This document shows positions 55,601 through 63,749 of a DNA stretch of 64,000 nt, in pieces. Below the pieces are notes generated by a model that worked only from the letters and a program-made list of their open reading frames with translations, searched no databases and had not been told where the DNA came from. Source of the DNA: an uncultured Myxococcales bacterium (lineage in GTDB: Bacteria; Myxococcota; B64-G9); contig CAZXHT010000003.1 in NCBI GenBank assembly GCA_964640665.1, positions 66,468 through 130,467 on the forward strand. The letters are read 5' to 3'. A program made the translations under genes and the position numbers. Within the stretch, counting starts at the first letter, position 1, and every line of letters begins with the position of its first letter.

Positions 55601-58408
55601 ATCAATGACGAAGCCGTCGCGGGTCACGCTGCCGTCTGAATGGAATACGATCTGGACAGTGTCACCCATGATCGGTTCCGAGTAAAAATCGCCTAACGTG
55701 CCGCACAGCTTGGCCATCTGGTTACCCTGGCCATCCAGCAAGAGCACGTAGTCCCAGCTGCAATCCGAGTTCTGCTCTACATCGAAACTTGCGAAGTGAA
55801 CAGAGAGCTGAACCGCCCCGGGTTGCGAAATCACCCAGGAGTCGTCGTAGTTGTTCGAGTACGGATGCGGCGTCTCGACCACGGGCTGTAAGGCAATGTC
55901 CGTACAGGCTCCCATTGGAATGCAGACACCGTCGACACATGCGTGGCTGTCTGCATGCGGCAAGGCGCAGACGTTGCCACAGGCACCGCAGTTTTGCAGA
56001 TCCGAGCTGACGTCGAACTCACAGCCATCTGCCAGGATGCCATTGCAATCGCCAAAGCCCGCGTCGCACTCGCCGATGGCGCACTGGCCGGCGGCGCAGC
56101 CCGCGCTCGCGTTGGGATATGGGCCGCAGCCGAGACCGCAGGTGCCGCAGTTTTGCGGATCGGCCTGCAGGTCGGCCTCGCAGCCGGTTACCTCATCGTT
56201 GTCGCAATCGGTCCAGCCGGAGTCGCAGGCTACGAACTGACACAGACCGGCGTTACAGCTCGCGCTGGCGTGGGCATAGGCGCATGTGTGACCGCACCAG
56301 CCGCAGTTGCCCAGATCGCCGGTGGTGTCTGTTTCGCAACCGCCCGGACCGGTGGCCGGATCGTCGTCGCAGTCGCCCAGGCCGACGGGGCACTTGCCGG
56401 CGTCGCACCAGCGCACCTCGTCTATTGTGAAGCCCTGGCGTTCTACGCTGCCGTCACTTGTCAGATGCACCTTGATGGTGTTGCCGTCGACCAGCATCGA
56501 AGTAAAGGGGCCTATGTTACCATCGTAGATAGCCCATTGCTGGTCGTCGCCGTCGAGGATCTCGACGTAGTCGTAGCCGGACTCGGTGTCGAATTGAGAG
56601 AAGTGCACCGCCATGACCACTGCGCCTGGCTGGGTGATTGTCCAGCTCTGGTCCGTGTTCGACAGGTAGGGGTGCTGACTCTCGACCAGCGGACTCTGGG
56701 CCGTGAAGTTGAGCGCGTTGATCTTGGCCCGATCGGGCTCGGAATCGAGCGTGCCGTCGCTGACGGTCAAGACAGCCTGATATTCGCCGCAGATGTCTGC
56801 GGTGAAGGCCGGCGTGGCCGAGGTCGAATCGTCAAGCGAGGCCGAACTGTTGGTCGGCGGATAGAACTCCCAGGCAAAGGTGATCGCATCCTGGTTGGGG
56901 TCGAACGAGGAGGAGCCGTCGAGTTGCACCGAGCCTCCCGACTGGACGGTGCGGTCGCCGCCGGCCAGCGCCACGGGAGGCAGGGGCACGCCGCTGATGG
57001 CCTGCAGCACGCGGAAGGCGTTTACCCGGCCACCGGTGACCGTCTGGCCCTCGAGATCGGGGATTGGATCGATGGTGGAGAAGAGGAACTGCCGGACCTC
57101 CTGCTTGGTCAGATCGGGCCTGATCGAAAGCATCAGGGCTACAACGCCCGAGACGTGCGGCGCGGCCATCGAGGTGCCCGACTTCAGCTCGTAGCCGTGA
57201 TTTGGCCAGACGGTCGAGAGGACGTCTTCGCCGGGCGCGCCGACGTCCACCGTCGTCGGCCCGTAGTTGCTGAAGTAGGCGATGTTGTCGGTGTGATTGG
57301 TGGCCGCCACGGCGATAATGTTGTCGTAGGGCCACTCGGACGGCCAGTGGTTGTAGCCGGGATCGTCGTCGTTGTGGGTATCGTTGCCCGCCGCCGCCAC
57401 CAGGAAGACATCATGCTGGTCGGCGTAGACGACTGCGTCCTCGAGTGTCTGGCTATAGGTCTGCACCGTCCACCAGCTGCAGCTCATCAGGTCGGCGCCG
57501 TTGTCGACGGCGTAGTGGATGGCCTCGGCCGCGTCGATGCAATAGGTGTCGTAATCCTGCTGGCCGATGATACGCAGCGGCATGATGGTCACGCGCCAGT
57601 TGACACCGGCGACTCCCAGGGCGTTGTTGCCCGAGGCGCCGATGATGCCCGAGCAGTGCGTGCCGTGGCCGTAGTCGTCCATGGGGTCATTGATCTCGTT
57701 CTCGAAATCCCAGCCGCGCACGTCGTCTGTAAAACCGTTGTTGTCGTCGTCGACGCCGTTGCCCGGAACCTCGTCCTCGTTGGTCCACATGTTATCGGCC
57801 AGGTCCGGATGAGTATAGTCGACGCCGGTGTCGAGCACGGCGACGATGACGTTGTAAGAACCGATCGAGATGTCCCAGGCCTCCTGGGCGTCGATGTCGG
57901 CATCGGTCGTACCGCCCGTCTGTCCGGTGTTGTTCATACCCCAGCACTCGGGATAGCGCGGATCGTTTGGCGTATTCTCGAACTGTAATCTGTAGTTTGG
58001 CTCGGCGTACTCGACGCGTGGATCGGAATTCAGGCGCGTGACCGCCTGCTCGACGGTCTCGCGCGATATGATGCGCATGCGATCGACCGCCAGGTTGTGC
58101 CGCGCCCGCACCCGCTCGAGCCCCAGCTCGGTGGCGACGCCGTCCACCCGTGCAGCATCGAAAGCGGGCTTGAACTTCATCAGGACGACGCCGGGCTCGT
58201 AAGGCAGCACCCGCCCATCATCCTTGGGACGAACCACCAGGTTACGTTCCATAGGTGCCCGGTGAGAGCGCCGCGGGGCCGACTGATCCTGCACTAATGC
58301 GGACGTCCGACCGCTGACATCGACATCGTTGCCGTTGCAACCTCCAAAAACCAGGCCGACTGTCAAGGCCGCGCACAACCATAGTTTTTCTACTCGATCC
58401 ACAGGCAT
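52655..58408 (-). CDS. giant (1917 aa) cell-surface protein: signal/lipobox, I9 propeptide, subtilisin-like S8 protease, PKD-like domain, three CUB-like domains, more than 20 Myxococcus-type cysteine-rich repeats, C-terminal MYXO-CTERM-like sorting signal
   Basis: The S8 catalytic triad blocks are DTGVDYTHPDL, HGTHCSGIIGA and GTSMAAPHVSGV. Three CUB-like units each start HPY..N.D.SW.I..PGA. Repeats of CxxGWxDCDxxxxxGCExDxxxDxxNCGxCGxxC follow. The C-terminus GGGCGCATDKQRNMSALWFGLLGLVLAIKRRK fits a MYXO-CTERM signal. Confidence 0.8.
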   Translation of the reverse strand: MPVDRVEKLWLCAALTVGLVFGGCNGNDVDVSGRTSALVQDQSAPRRSHRAPMERNLVVRPKDDGRVLPYEPGVVLMKFKPAFDAARVDGVATELGLERVRARHNLAVDRMRIISRETVEQAVTRLNSDPRVEYAEPNYRLQFENTPNDPRYPECWGMNNTGQTGGTTDADIDAQEAWDISIGSYNVIVAVLDTGVDYTHPDLADNMWTNEDEVPGNGVDDDNNGFTDDVRGWDFENEINDPMDDYGHGTHCSGIIGASGNNALGVAGVNWRVTIMPLRIIGQQDYDTYCIDAAEAIHYAVDNGADLMSCSWWTVQTYSQTLEDAVVYADQHDVFLVAAAGNDTHNDDDPGYNHWPSEWPYDNIIAVAATNHTDNIAYFSNYGPTTVDVGAPGEDVLSTVWPNHGYELKSGTSMAAPHVSGVVALMLSIRPDLTKQEVRQFLFSTIDPIPDLEGQTVTGGRVNAFRVLQAISGVPLPPVALAGGDRTVQSGGSVQLDGSSSFDPNQDAITFAWEFYPPTNSSASLDDSTSATPAFTADICGEYQAVLTVSDGTLDSEPDRAKINALNFTAQSPLVESQHPYLSNTDQSWTITQPGAVVMAVHFSQFDTESGYDYVEILDGDDQQWAIYDGNIGPFTSMLVDGNTIKVHLTSDGSVERQGFTIDEVRWCDAGKCPVGLGDCDDDPATGPGGCETDTTGDLGNCGWCGHTCAYAHASASCNAGLCQFVACDSGWTDCDNDEVTGCEADLQADPQNCGTCGLGCGPYPNASAGCAAGQCAIGECDAGFGDCNGILADGCEFDVSSDLQNCGACGNVCALPHADSHACVDGVCIPMGACTDIALQPVVETPHPYSNNYDDSWVISQPGAVQLSVHFASFDVEQNSDCSWDYVLLLDGQGNQMAKLCGTLGDFYSEPIMGDTVQIVFHSDGSVTRDGFVIDSVSSCENGCSAGYSNCDADPQNGCEADTSSDVDNCGGCGLTCGGAHTISQCANSICIESIDCQAGWADCNNNPLDGCEAELASDPWNCSACGVICHYSHAAGECNAGVCQMGECSQGFEDCNSSEADGCETSTSTDPNNCGACDNACDLAHVDSASCNQAVCRIETCERGWDDCDGIDTNGCEFDVSSDIDNCGACGIVCVFANGTGSCSDGVCVVGSCDAGFADCNGEGADGCEVDLSTDIQNCSDCGIVCEYDNATAACNAGTCEMGSCDSGFDDCNADDSDGCETDTDSDVAHCGDCNTVCDLDHVSMMVCQAGQCGIGMGDCSTVAAQISTPHPYPDNYDETFVVSAPGAMKIRVHFTDMVTESGWDYVYILDGQNNQLASYTGDQGAFWSPWATGDTIKVNLVSDYIFNDYGFDIDMYSACATACDDGWDNCDGDALNGCEFDVSADPQNCGACGHVCVFADGVGICVDGECVVTSCDVGFADCNGLGEDGCEADLSGDPENCSACGMVCEFDHAGALCIGGVCAVGACQGAWDDCNGDPVDGCETDTTSDANNCGACHQICDSYLHATSGCENSTCGIASCDLGYDDCDGIMANGCEADVSADYDNCGACGRSCDVPYAADVACVDNQCVISTCVAGFGDCDGDGFNGCETVLSNDPANCGACGTACDYSNGQGECQAGNCVMSDCDFGFGDCNSSGADGCEVDLMGDAGNCGMCGYACNLANAGANCLDGFCVIDTCDAGFENCNNANDDGCEVNTDEDETNCGACQNVCEPANASPACVSGACAVDSCDTDFGDCNSDAADGCEVDLLVALDNCGACGTACAFANAGASCVQGSCEMGACSAPYADCNLDQADGCETDINTDDNNCGACGRACHQGQECSGGSCVCTDTDGDGYATVPCGDDCNDASATVHPGAEDVCEDGIDNDCDGATDEGCQDNGQTEGGGCGCATDKQRNMSALWFGLLGLVLAIKRRK

Positions 58409-58549
58409 GAGATCTCTCCTTTTCTCTTTCTTCTCAAGCTATCCGGGTACGATATGAGACTACAATGTATACCCTCAGCCAGCCGCTGAGGCAACCACTT
58501 TTTGCTCTGTGGGATGGCCATCGGGGCGTCGATATGGTAAAAATGGAAA

Positions 58550-59797
58550 ATGCGCCGAACCGCCATAGTGCTGCTGTCTATCGTCGTCCTGGCGGCCCCG
58601 GGATCGCTGGCCGGCAGCCTGTCCGGACAGGTCACTCGCTCTGACACAGGCGCCACCGTGGCCGGGGCCCTTGTCGCGGTGCGCGGCACCGGCCTGCTGG
58701 CCATCAGTGATGCGGGCGGCAACTACTCTCTGCCCGCGGTGCCCGACGGTTCATACGGCTTGACCTGCGCGTCACCGGGATTGCGCGGATCGGCGACCGG
58801 CACGACCTGGGTCGGCGATGATGCCACGCACGACTTCGTGCTGAACCCTCCCGAGGAAAGCGGCGTGATCCAGGGCGTCGCCTCATGCTCCGGCACAGCC
58901 TGCCAGGGAGTGCTCCTGTCCGCCCGCCAGGGCAGCCGGACATTGGGGTTGACCATCTCGCAGGCAGGGGGAAGTTTCACGCTGGTAGGTCTTGCCGCCG
59001 ACGACTATGACTTGCGCGGAGAGAAATACGCCTTCCTGCCCAAGACGGTCGCGCTGACGCTGCCCCCTCCGGCCACCGACGGCGGCAGCACTCTCGTTGA
59101 GCAGAACATCGACCTGGCCGCAGGCGGCTCCTACACCTTAAGCGGAGTGGTGGCCCTGTCTGACAATCCCCTCGATCGCAGCGGCTCGACGATACGCTGT
59201 AACGGGCAGGATCCGGCGCTTACGAGCAACACGAATACCGGGGGCTCCTACACGCTCTCAGGAGTTCCGGCCGGGCCGCTTTCGTTCACGGCCTTCAGGG
59301 CGGGCTATCGCTCGGCGACCCGAATCGACGTCCAGATGACCGCCGACCTCTCACTCGATTTCGTGCTCGAAAAAGACGACAACGGGACAACAAATCCAAC
59401 TTACCGGCTCTCAGGCACGGTCAGTCTGAGCATGCCGGACGGCGGCACGCCGCCCTCGGCAGCCGGCTCGCACGTCAGCATCTGGGAAAACTTTGGACAA
59501 TTCCGCCGCCAGACCATGACCGACGATCAGGGCGCCTTCAGCATCGGCGGCATCCCCGCCGGCAACTATCAGGCCGGCGCCGGCAGGGAGGGCTTCCTGA
59601 CCAGTGTCGCCGACGAGTTCGACATCCAGGCCGACCGCAATATGGACTTCAGACTGGATCTGGATCCCGACTACGACTGGGGCCCGGGGGTCGCCGGCCC
59701 CGGGACGGGATGCGGTTGCGCCTCGACCGGCGGCGGTGGTTTGCTGGGGCTGGTGTTGTTGCTCTTTTTGTCGGGCTTAAAAAGATGGATGCGCTGA
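58550..59797 (+). CDS. secreted protein with tandem carboxypeptidase-regulatory-like (CarbopepD_reg / Big-like) beta-sandwich domains and MYXO-CTERM-like C-terminus
   Basis: Repeated units of the form SGxV...GAxVxxxG....D.GG.Y.L..VP.G.Y (four copies). The tail is GCGCASTGGGGLLGLVLLLFLSGLKRWMR. Confidence 0.6.
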   Translation: MRRTAIVLLSIVVLAAPGSLAGSLSGQVTRSDTGATVAGALVAVRGTGLLAISDAGGNYSLPAVPDGSYGLTCASPGLRGSATGTTWVGDDATHDFVLNPPEESGVIQGVASCSGTACQGVLLSARQGSRTLGLTISQAGGSFTLVGLAADDYDLRGEKYAFLPKTVALTLPPPATDGGSTLVEQNIDLAAGGSYTLSGVVALSDNPLDRSGSTIRCNGQDPALTSNTNTGGSYTLSGVPAGPLSFTAFRAGYRSATRIDVQMTADLSLDFVLEKDDNGTTNPTYRLSGTVSLSMPDGGTPPSAAGSHVSIWENFGQFRRQTMTDDQGAFSIGGIPAGNYQAGAGREGFLTSVADEFDIQADRNMDFRLDLDPDYDWGPGVAGPGTGCGCASTGGGGLLGLVLLLFLSGLKRWMR

Positions 59798-60567
59798 ACG
59801 ACCGCATCATGCAGGCAGCAAGAAGCGCCGTTCGTCAAGCAGGCGCGATCCAACTCGCGGGACTGTCACAAACTCGCCAGATCAGGCACAAGGGTACCTA
59901 CGACCTGGTTACCGACGTCGACGGGGAGTGCGAGCGGGCAATGCTTGCGATCCTCGAACAGGCGCTGCCGGAGGCGGGGATTTTGGCCGAGGAAGGCTCG
60001 CCTACAGAGCCCGACGCCCGTGACGTCTGGATAGTGGATCCTCTCGACGGCACCACGAACTACGCTCACGGCTACCCGACCTTTTCGGCCGTCGTGGCCC
60101 TCAGACAAGCGGGTGAGATCGTCCTGGGCGCGGTCTACGATCCGCTGCGCGACGAACTGTTCGAGGCTCGGCGGGGCCGGGGGGCCCAACTCAACGGGCA
60201 AGCAATCGCGGTGAGCCAAACCCGCGAACTGGCTCAGTCGCTTTTAAGTACGGGTTTCCCCTATGACCGCCTGGAGCACAACGACACCAATCTCGAGCGT
60301 TTTTGCGCCCTGACCATGCGCACGCAGGGAGTGCGGCGCGGCGGATCGGCCAGCCTCGATCTGTGCTACACCGCCTGCGGCCGGCTGGACGGCTACTGGG
60401 AGATCCGCCTGCATCCCTGGGATATTTGTGCCGGTGCGCTGATCGTCGCCGAGGCGGGCGGACGGATTTCCGATCTGCAAGGCGGTAGTTGCGACCTGAG
60501 CGGCGCCGAGATAGTCGCAAGCAACGGCCGACTGCACAAGACCCTGCTTGCCGCGCTGGGCAAGTAA
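59785..60567 (+). CDS. inositol-monophosphatase family protein (SuhB-like)
   Basis: IMPase motifs DPLDGTTNYAHG and WDICAG. The ATG overlaps the upstream stop. Confidence 0.75.
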   Translation: MDALNDRIMQAARSAVRQAGAIQLAGLSQTRQIRHKGTYDLVTDVDGECERAMLAILEQALPEAGILAEEGSPTEPDARDVWIVDPLDGTTNYAHGYPTFSAVVALRQAGEIVLGAVYDPLRDELFEARRGRGAQLNGQAIAVSQTRELAQSLLSTGFPYDRLEHNDTNLERFCALTMRTQGVRRGGSASLDLCYTACGRLDGYWEIRLHPWDICAGALIVAEAGGRISDLQGGSCDLSGAEIVASNGRLHKTLLAALGK

Positions 60568-60574
60568 CGTCCCC

Positions 60575-61426
60575 CTATTTTTTGAGCCACTTCCTGGCCG
60601 CGCTCAGCTTGGGATCCAGCGCGATTGCCCGCAGCATGGCCTTGCGGGCGGCTTGCCTGCGTCCCAGGGCATCGAGGGCCACCCCCAGCAGGAAGTGCGC
60701 CTTGGGGTTCTTCTCATGAAGATCGACGGCACGGCGGGCGGCCGTAGCTGCCTTTTCGAAAGCTCCAAGTCGGATACGGGCCAAGGCCAACAGTACCCAA
60801 CCCTGTGGATCTTCGGGTGCCAGCCTTGAGCGGGCCTCCAGTGCTGCGGCTGCCAGCGCGGGCTTGCCCGCGGCCAGGCCGGCCCGGCCCAGATTCAACG
60901 CTATATCGGCCCGTTCGGGAGCCAACTTGGCTGCCCGACCGAGAACGGCGAGCGCTTTTTCATTTTTGGCGGCCACCAGGTAGGCGTAACCGAGGTCTCC
61001 CTGCAGATCGGCCGATTCCTTCTTGCCGGCGGCCTGTTCGAGAGCCTTGATTGCCTCGTCCGCACGACCAAGCACGAGCAAGCTGTTACCCATTTCGTGA
61101 AGCAGGCCGGGATCACCGGGGTGCCTGGCAATTCCCTCGCGGTAGACACTCAAGGCTTCGCCGGGCTTGCCGGCCAGATCGAAGGTCATGCCCAGCAGCA
61201 AGGTCACCTCGCTGCTTGCGGGATCCAGCCGCCGGGCCTCCTTCAGTTCAGCAAGCGCTTTTGAATGCTCGCCCAGCCTTGAAAACGCCAGGCCGAGTTG
61301 GTAGTGCGCCGAGGCCGACATATCAGCGCCGGGCTGCCGGGCCGGCGGCGGTGCGGGTTGCGCAGGGGGGCCGGCGGCACAGCCGGCTGCAAGCGCGGCC
61401 ACTGTTGCCAAGACAAGGATTCTCAT
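60575..61426 (-). CDS. TPR-repeat lipoprotein
   Basis: Lipobox LAAGCAAG followed by about 6 TPR-like repeats. Its ATG overlaps the panC stop (ATGA). Confidence 0.6.
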   Translation of the reverse strand: MRILVLATVAALAAGCAAGPPAQPAPPPARQPGADMSASAHYQLGLAFSRLGEHSKALAELKEARRLDPASSEVTLLLGMTFDLAGKPGEALSVYREGIARHPGDPGLLHEMGNSLLVLGRADEAIKALEQAAGKKESADLQGDLGYAYLVAAKNEKALAVLGRAAKLAPERADIALNLGRAGLAAGKPALAAAALEARSRLAPEDPQGWVLLALARIRLGAFEKAATAARRAVDLHEKNPKAHFLLGVALDALGRRQAARKAMLRAIALDPKLSAARKWLKK

Positions 61427-62481
61427 CTTCTTCGCGACCGACGGCTCTTTCTGGCGTTCAGGCGGATGTTGTCTATCAGGCGGGTGTCGCCGATGCGGAT
61501 CGCCGCCAGTAGCACTGCATCGTGCTCCACCTCGGGAATGCGCTCGAGCGTCAGCGGATCGCACACGGCGACATACTCGATACGGATATCCTGCTCCTCG
61601 CGCAGCAAATCCAGCACGACCGCCGCCAACTCTGCCGCGTCGCGCTCACCGCTGTCCAGCAGGCGGCGCGCCTTTATGAGCCCTCTGAACAAAGCGGTGG
61701 CCTGTTGCCTCTGGGCCGGGCTCAGGTACGCGTTGCGCGAGCTCATTGCCAGTCCGTCCTCCTCGCGAACGGTGGGCATGCCGATGACCTCGACCTCCAT
61801 GTTCAAATCGGCGACCATGCGGCGAACGGCAACGAGCTGCTGGAAATCCTTTTCGCCGAAAATGGCCATATCGGGCCTGATGACATTGAACAACTTGCCC
61901 ACGACGGTGGTCACACCCCTGAAGTGCCCCGGTCGGGAAGCTCCGCAGAAATCACGGGTGACGTCTGTAACCTCGATGTAGGTCTGGAACCCGTCCGGGT
62001 ATATCTCCGGGGTATCGGGAACGAACATCACCGAAGCCCCCTCCTTGCGCAGCTTGCGGCGATCGCCGGAAATGTCGCGCGGGTAACGATCGAGGTCTTC
62101 GGTCGGGCCGAACTGCGTCGGGTTGATGAAGACGGTCACGACGACCAGCGACGCAAGCCGGCGCGCTTCGCGCACCAGCGAGAGATGACCTTCATGCAGG
62201 TAGCCCATCGTGGGAACCAGCGCCACCTTGCGCCGGCGCGATCCGGCCTGGGCCAGGTACTTCTTGATCTCTCTATTCGTGCGTATGAGTTTAAGTGGAG
62301 GCAACCCGCCCTTGCGCTTATCGCGACTGCCCGAACCATGGCGGGAGCTAAGTTCCCGGCTCACTACCCGGGCCCGAGCATTCTTCTTGCCGGTATTACG
62401 CGCGGGTTTTCTCTTGACGCTCTTGGTAGATGTTTTCCGCGTAGACTTACCCTGTCTCCGCACGGTTTTACGTTTCACCAT
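61423..62481 (-). CDS. panC: pantoate--beta-alanine ligase with an unusual ~85-aa Lys/Arg-rich N-terminal extension
   Basis: PanC core: VPTMGYLHEGHLSL and downstream motifs. The upstream in-frame basic segment is MVKRKTVRRQGKSTRKTSTKSVKRKPARNTGKK.... An AAAGGGG SD precedes the ATG at 62481. A shorter TTG-initiated product is possible. Confidence 0.7.
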   Translation of the reverse strand: MVKRKTVRRQGKSTRKTSTKSVKRKPARNTGKKNARARVVSRELSSRHGSGSRDKRKGGLPPLKLIRTNREIKKYLAQAGSRRRKVALVPTMGYLHEGHLSLVREARRLASLVVVTVFINPTQFGPTEDLDRYPRDISGDRRKLRKEGASVMFVPDTPEIYPDGFQTYIEVTDVTRDFCGASRPGHFRGVTTVVGKLFNVIRPDMAIFGEKDFQQLVAVRRMVADLNMEVEVIGMPTVREEDGLAMSSRNAYLSPAQRQQATALFRGLIKARRLLDSGERDAAELAAVVLDLLREEQDIRIEYVAVCDPLTLERIPEVEHDAVLLAAIRIGDTRLIDNIRLNARKSRRSRRR

Positions 62482-62562
62482 GTCCAGCCCCTTTGGCACA
62501 GTACCGTTGTGTCCGAGTTTGACGGCCTTTGTAACCCGAAAGGTCAAAAAGGTCAAGAGCAT

Positions 62563-62670
62563 GGAAATTCAGCATTCGAAAAAAATTGACAATATACGTA
62601 TTGCATTGTAATGTACGTCAACTATTGGTCTCGTAGTATGTTGTAATGCAAGTCTTTCAGGAGGTGTTCA
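62563..62670. promoter_or_regulatory. divergent promoter region between panC and a small ORF, with TTGACA -35-like element, nested inverted repeats (TTGAC..ACGTA..TACGT..GTCAA) and a duplicated TTGTAATG motif
   Basis: The -35-like hexamer TTGACA and the ACGTA/TACGT and TTGAC/GTCAA inverted repeats lie at 62588-62623. TTGTAATG occurs twice, about 34 bp apart. Confidence 0.4.
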
Positions 62671-62877
62671 GTGATCGACAGCGCCAAGCAGCAGCGTATG
62701 TACCAGGCTGCCCTCCTGAGAATAGCGATCAAGATGCGCAAGACCGAGGTCAAGGGCTTCGAGGAAATCTTTACCGAGATTCTCGACGACATGCAGCTCG
62801 ATCCCGAAGAGTTCCGCCGCTACGTGAACACCCACATGCAATCACTGATGGCTACCGTGAAGAAGCGCGGTTATTGA
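62671..62877 (+). CDS. small hypothetical protein (68 aa)
   Basis: GTG start with a GGAGGTG SD and coding-like composition. No family recognised. Confidence 0.4.
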   Translation: MIDSAKQQRMYQAALLRIAIKMRKTEVKGFEEIFTEILDDMQLDPEEFRRYVNTHMQSLMATVKKRGY

Positions 62878-63749
62878 TCCACTTCCACCCGGTCGGCGAC
62901 ACCCAGCAGATCGAAGAAGGCATCGGCTAAAGCGGCGAAAGATTCGATCGCCAGCTGCTCGGGCCGTAGCGTCTGATCGACGCCGGCCTTGTCTAGGGCC
63001 GCTCTGACGCAGTCGGCCGACACCTCGGGCGTCAACGCGGCCAGCAGGCTGTTTGCGATCTTCTTGCGCCTCTGGCCGAAGGCGCCGCGGACCACGCGCG
63101 CGAAAAGCCGCTCGTCCTTGACCGGCACACTGACACGCTTAAATGGATCGAACCGCAGCACCGCCGAATCAACCTTGGGGACCGGGTGAAAAGCAGCCGC
63201 CGGAACTTGGGCAACGGTGGCTATCCGGGCGCGACGCTGCACCATGACGCTCAGTATCCCGTAGCTTCTCGACCCGGGCCCGGCCGTAAGTCTTACGGCC
63301 ATCTCCTTCTGAAACATCAACACCCAGTGTGACAACCAGCCGGCTGACTCCAGGAGGTGGAACAGGATCTGCGTCGCCATGTGATAGGGAAGATTGCCGA
63401 CCACTACCGGCTTGTCTCCCGCATCGGCATGTATTCTTTCCCAGTCAATGGCAGCCGCGTTGTCCTCGACTATCCGGACAACCGCATCCCGGGCAAACTC
63501 GACTCTCAGTAGCTCCGCCAGGTCGCGATCGCGCTCGACGGCGAGCACCTTTTTCGCCACGCGCGCGAGCGCCGCCGTCAGGGCCCCCAGCCCAGCGCCA
63601 AGTTCCACGACGGTGAGACCTTCGACGCCTGCCGCCACAACAATCTTGTCTATGGCCTCGATGTCCACCAGGAAGTTCTGGCTCCAGCCCGACTTGGGTC
63701 TCAAACCATGGCGCCTAAGTATCGCGCGCACGTTCAGGCGCTGGGCCAT
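62871..63749 (-). CDS. rsmA: 16S rRNA (adenine1518-N6/adenine1519-N6)-dimethyltransferase
   Basis: SGWSQNFL, the SAM-binding VVELGAGLGALT and the NLPY motif (VVVGNLPYHMAT). Confidence 0.85.
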   Translation of the reverse strand: MAQRLNVRAILRRHGLRPKSGWSQNFLVDIEAIDKIVVAAGVEGLTVVELGAGLGALTAALARVAKKVLAVERDRDLAELLRVEFARDAVVRIVEDNAAAIDWERIHADAGDKPVVVGNLPYHMATQILFHLLESAGWLSHWVLMFQKEMAVRLTAGPGSRSYGILSVMVQRRARIATVAQVPAAAFHPVPKVDSAVLRFDPFKRVSVPVKDERLFARVVRGAFGQRRKKIANSLLAALTPEVSADCVRAALDKAGVDQTLRPEQLAIESFAALADAFFDLLGVADRVEVDQ

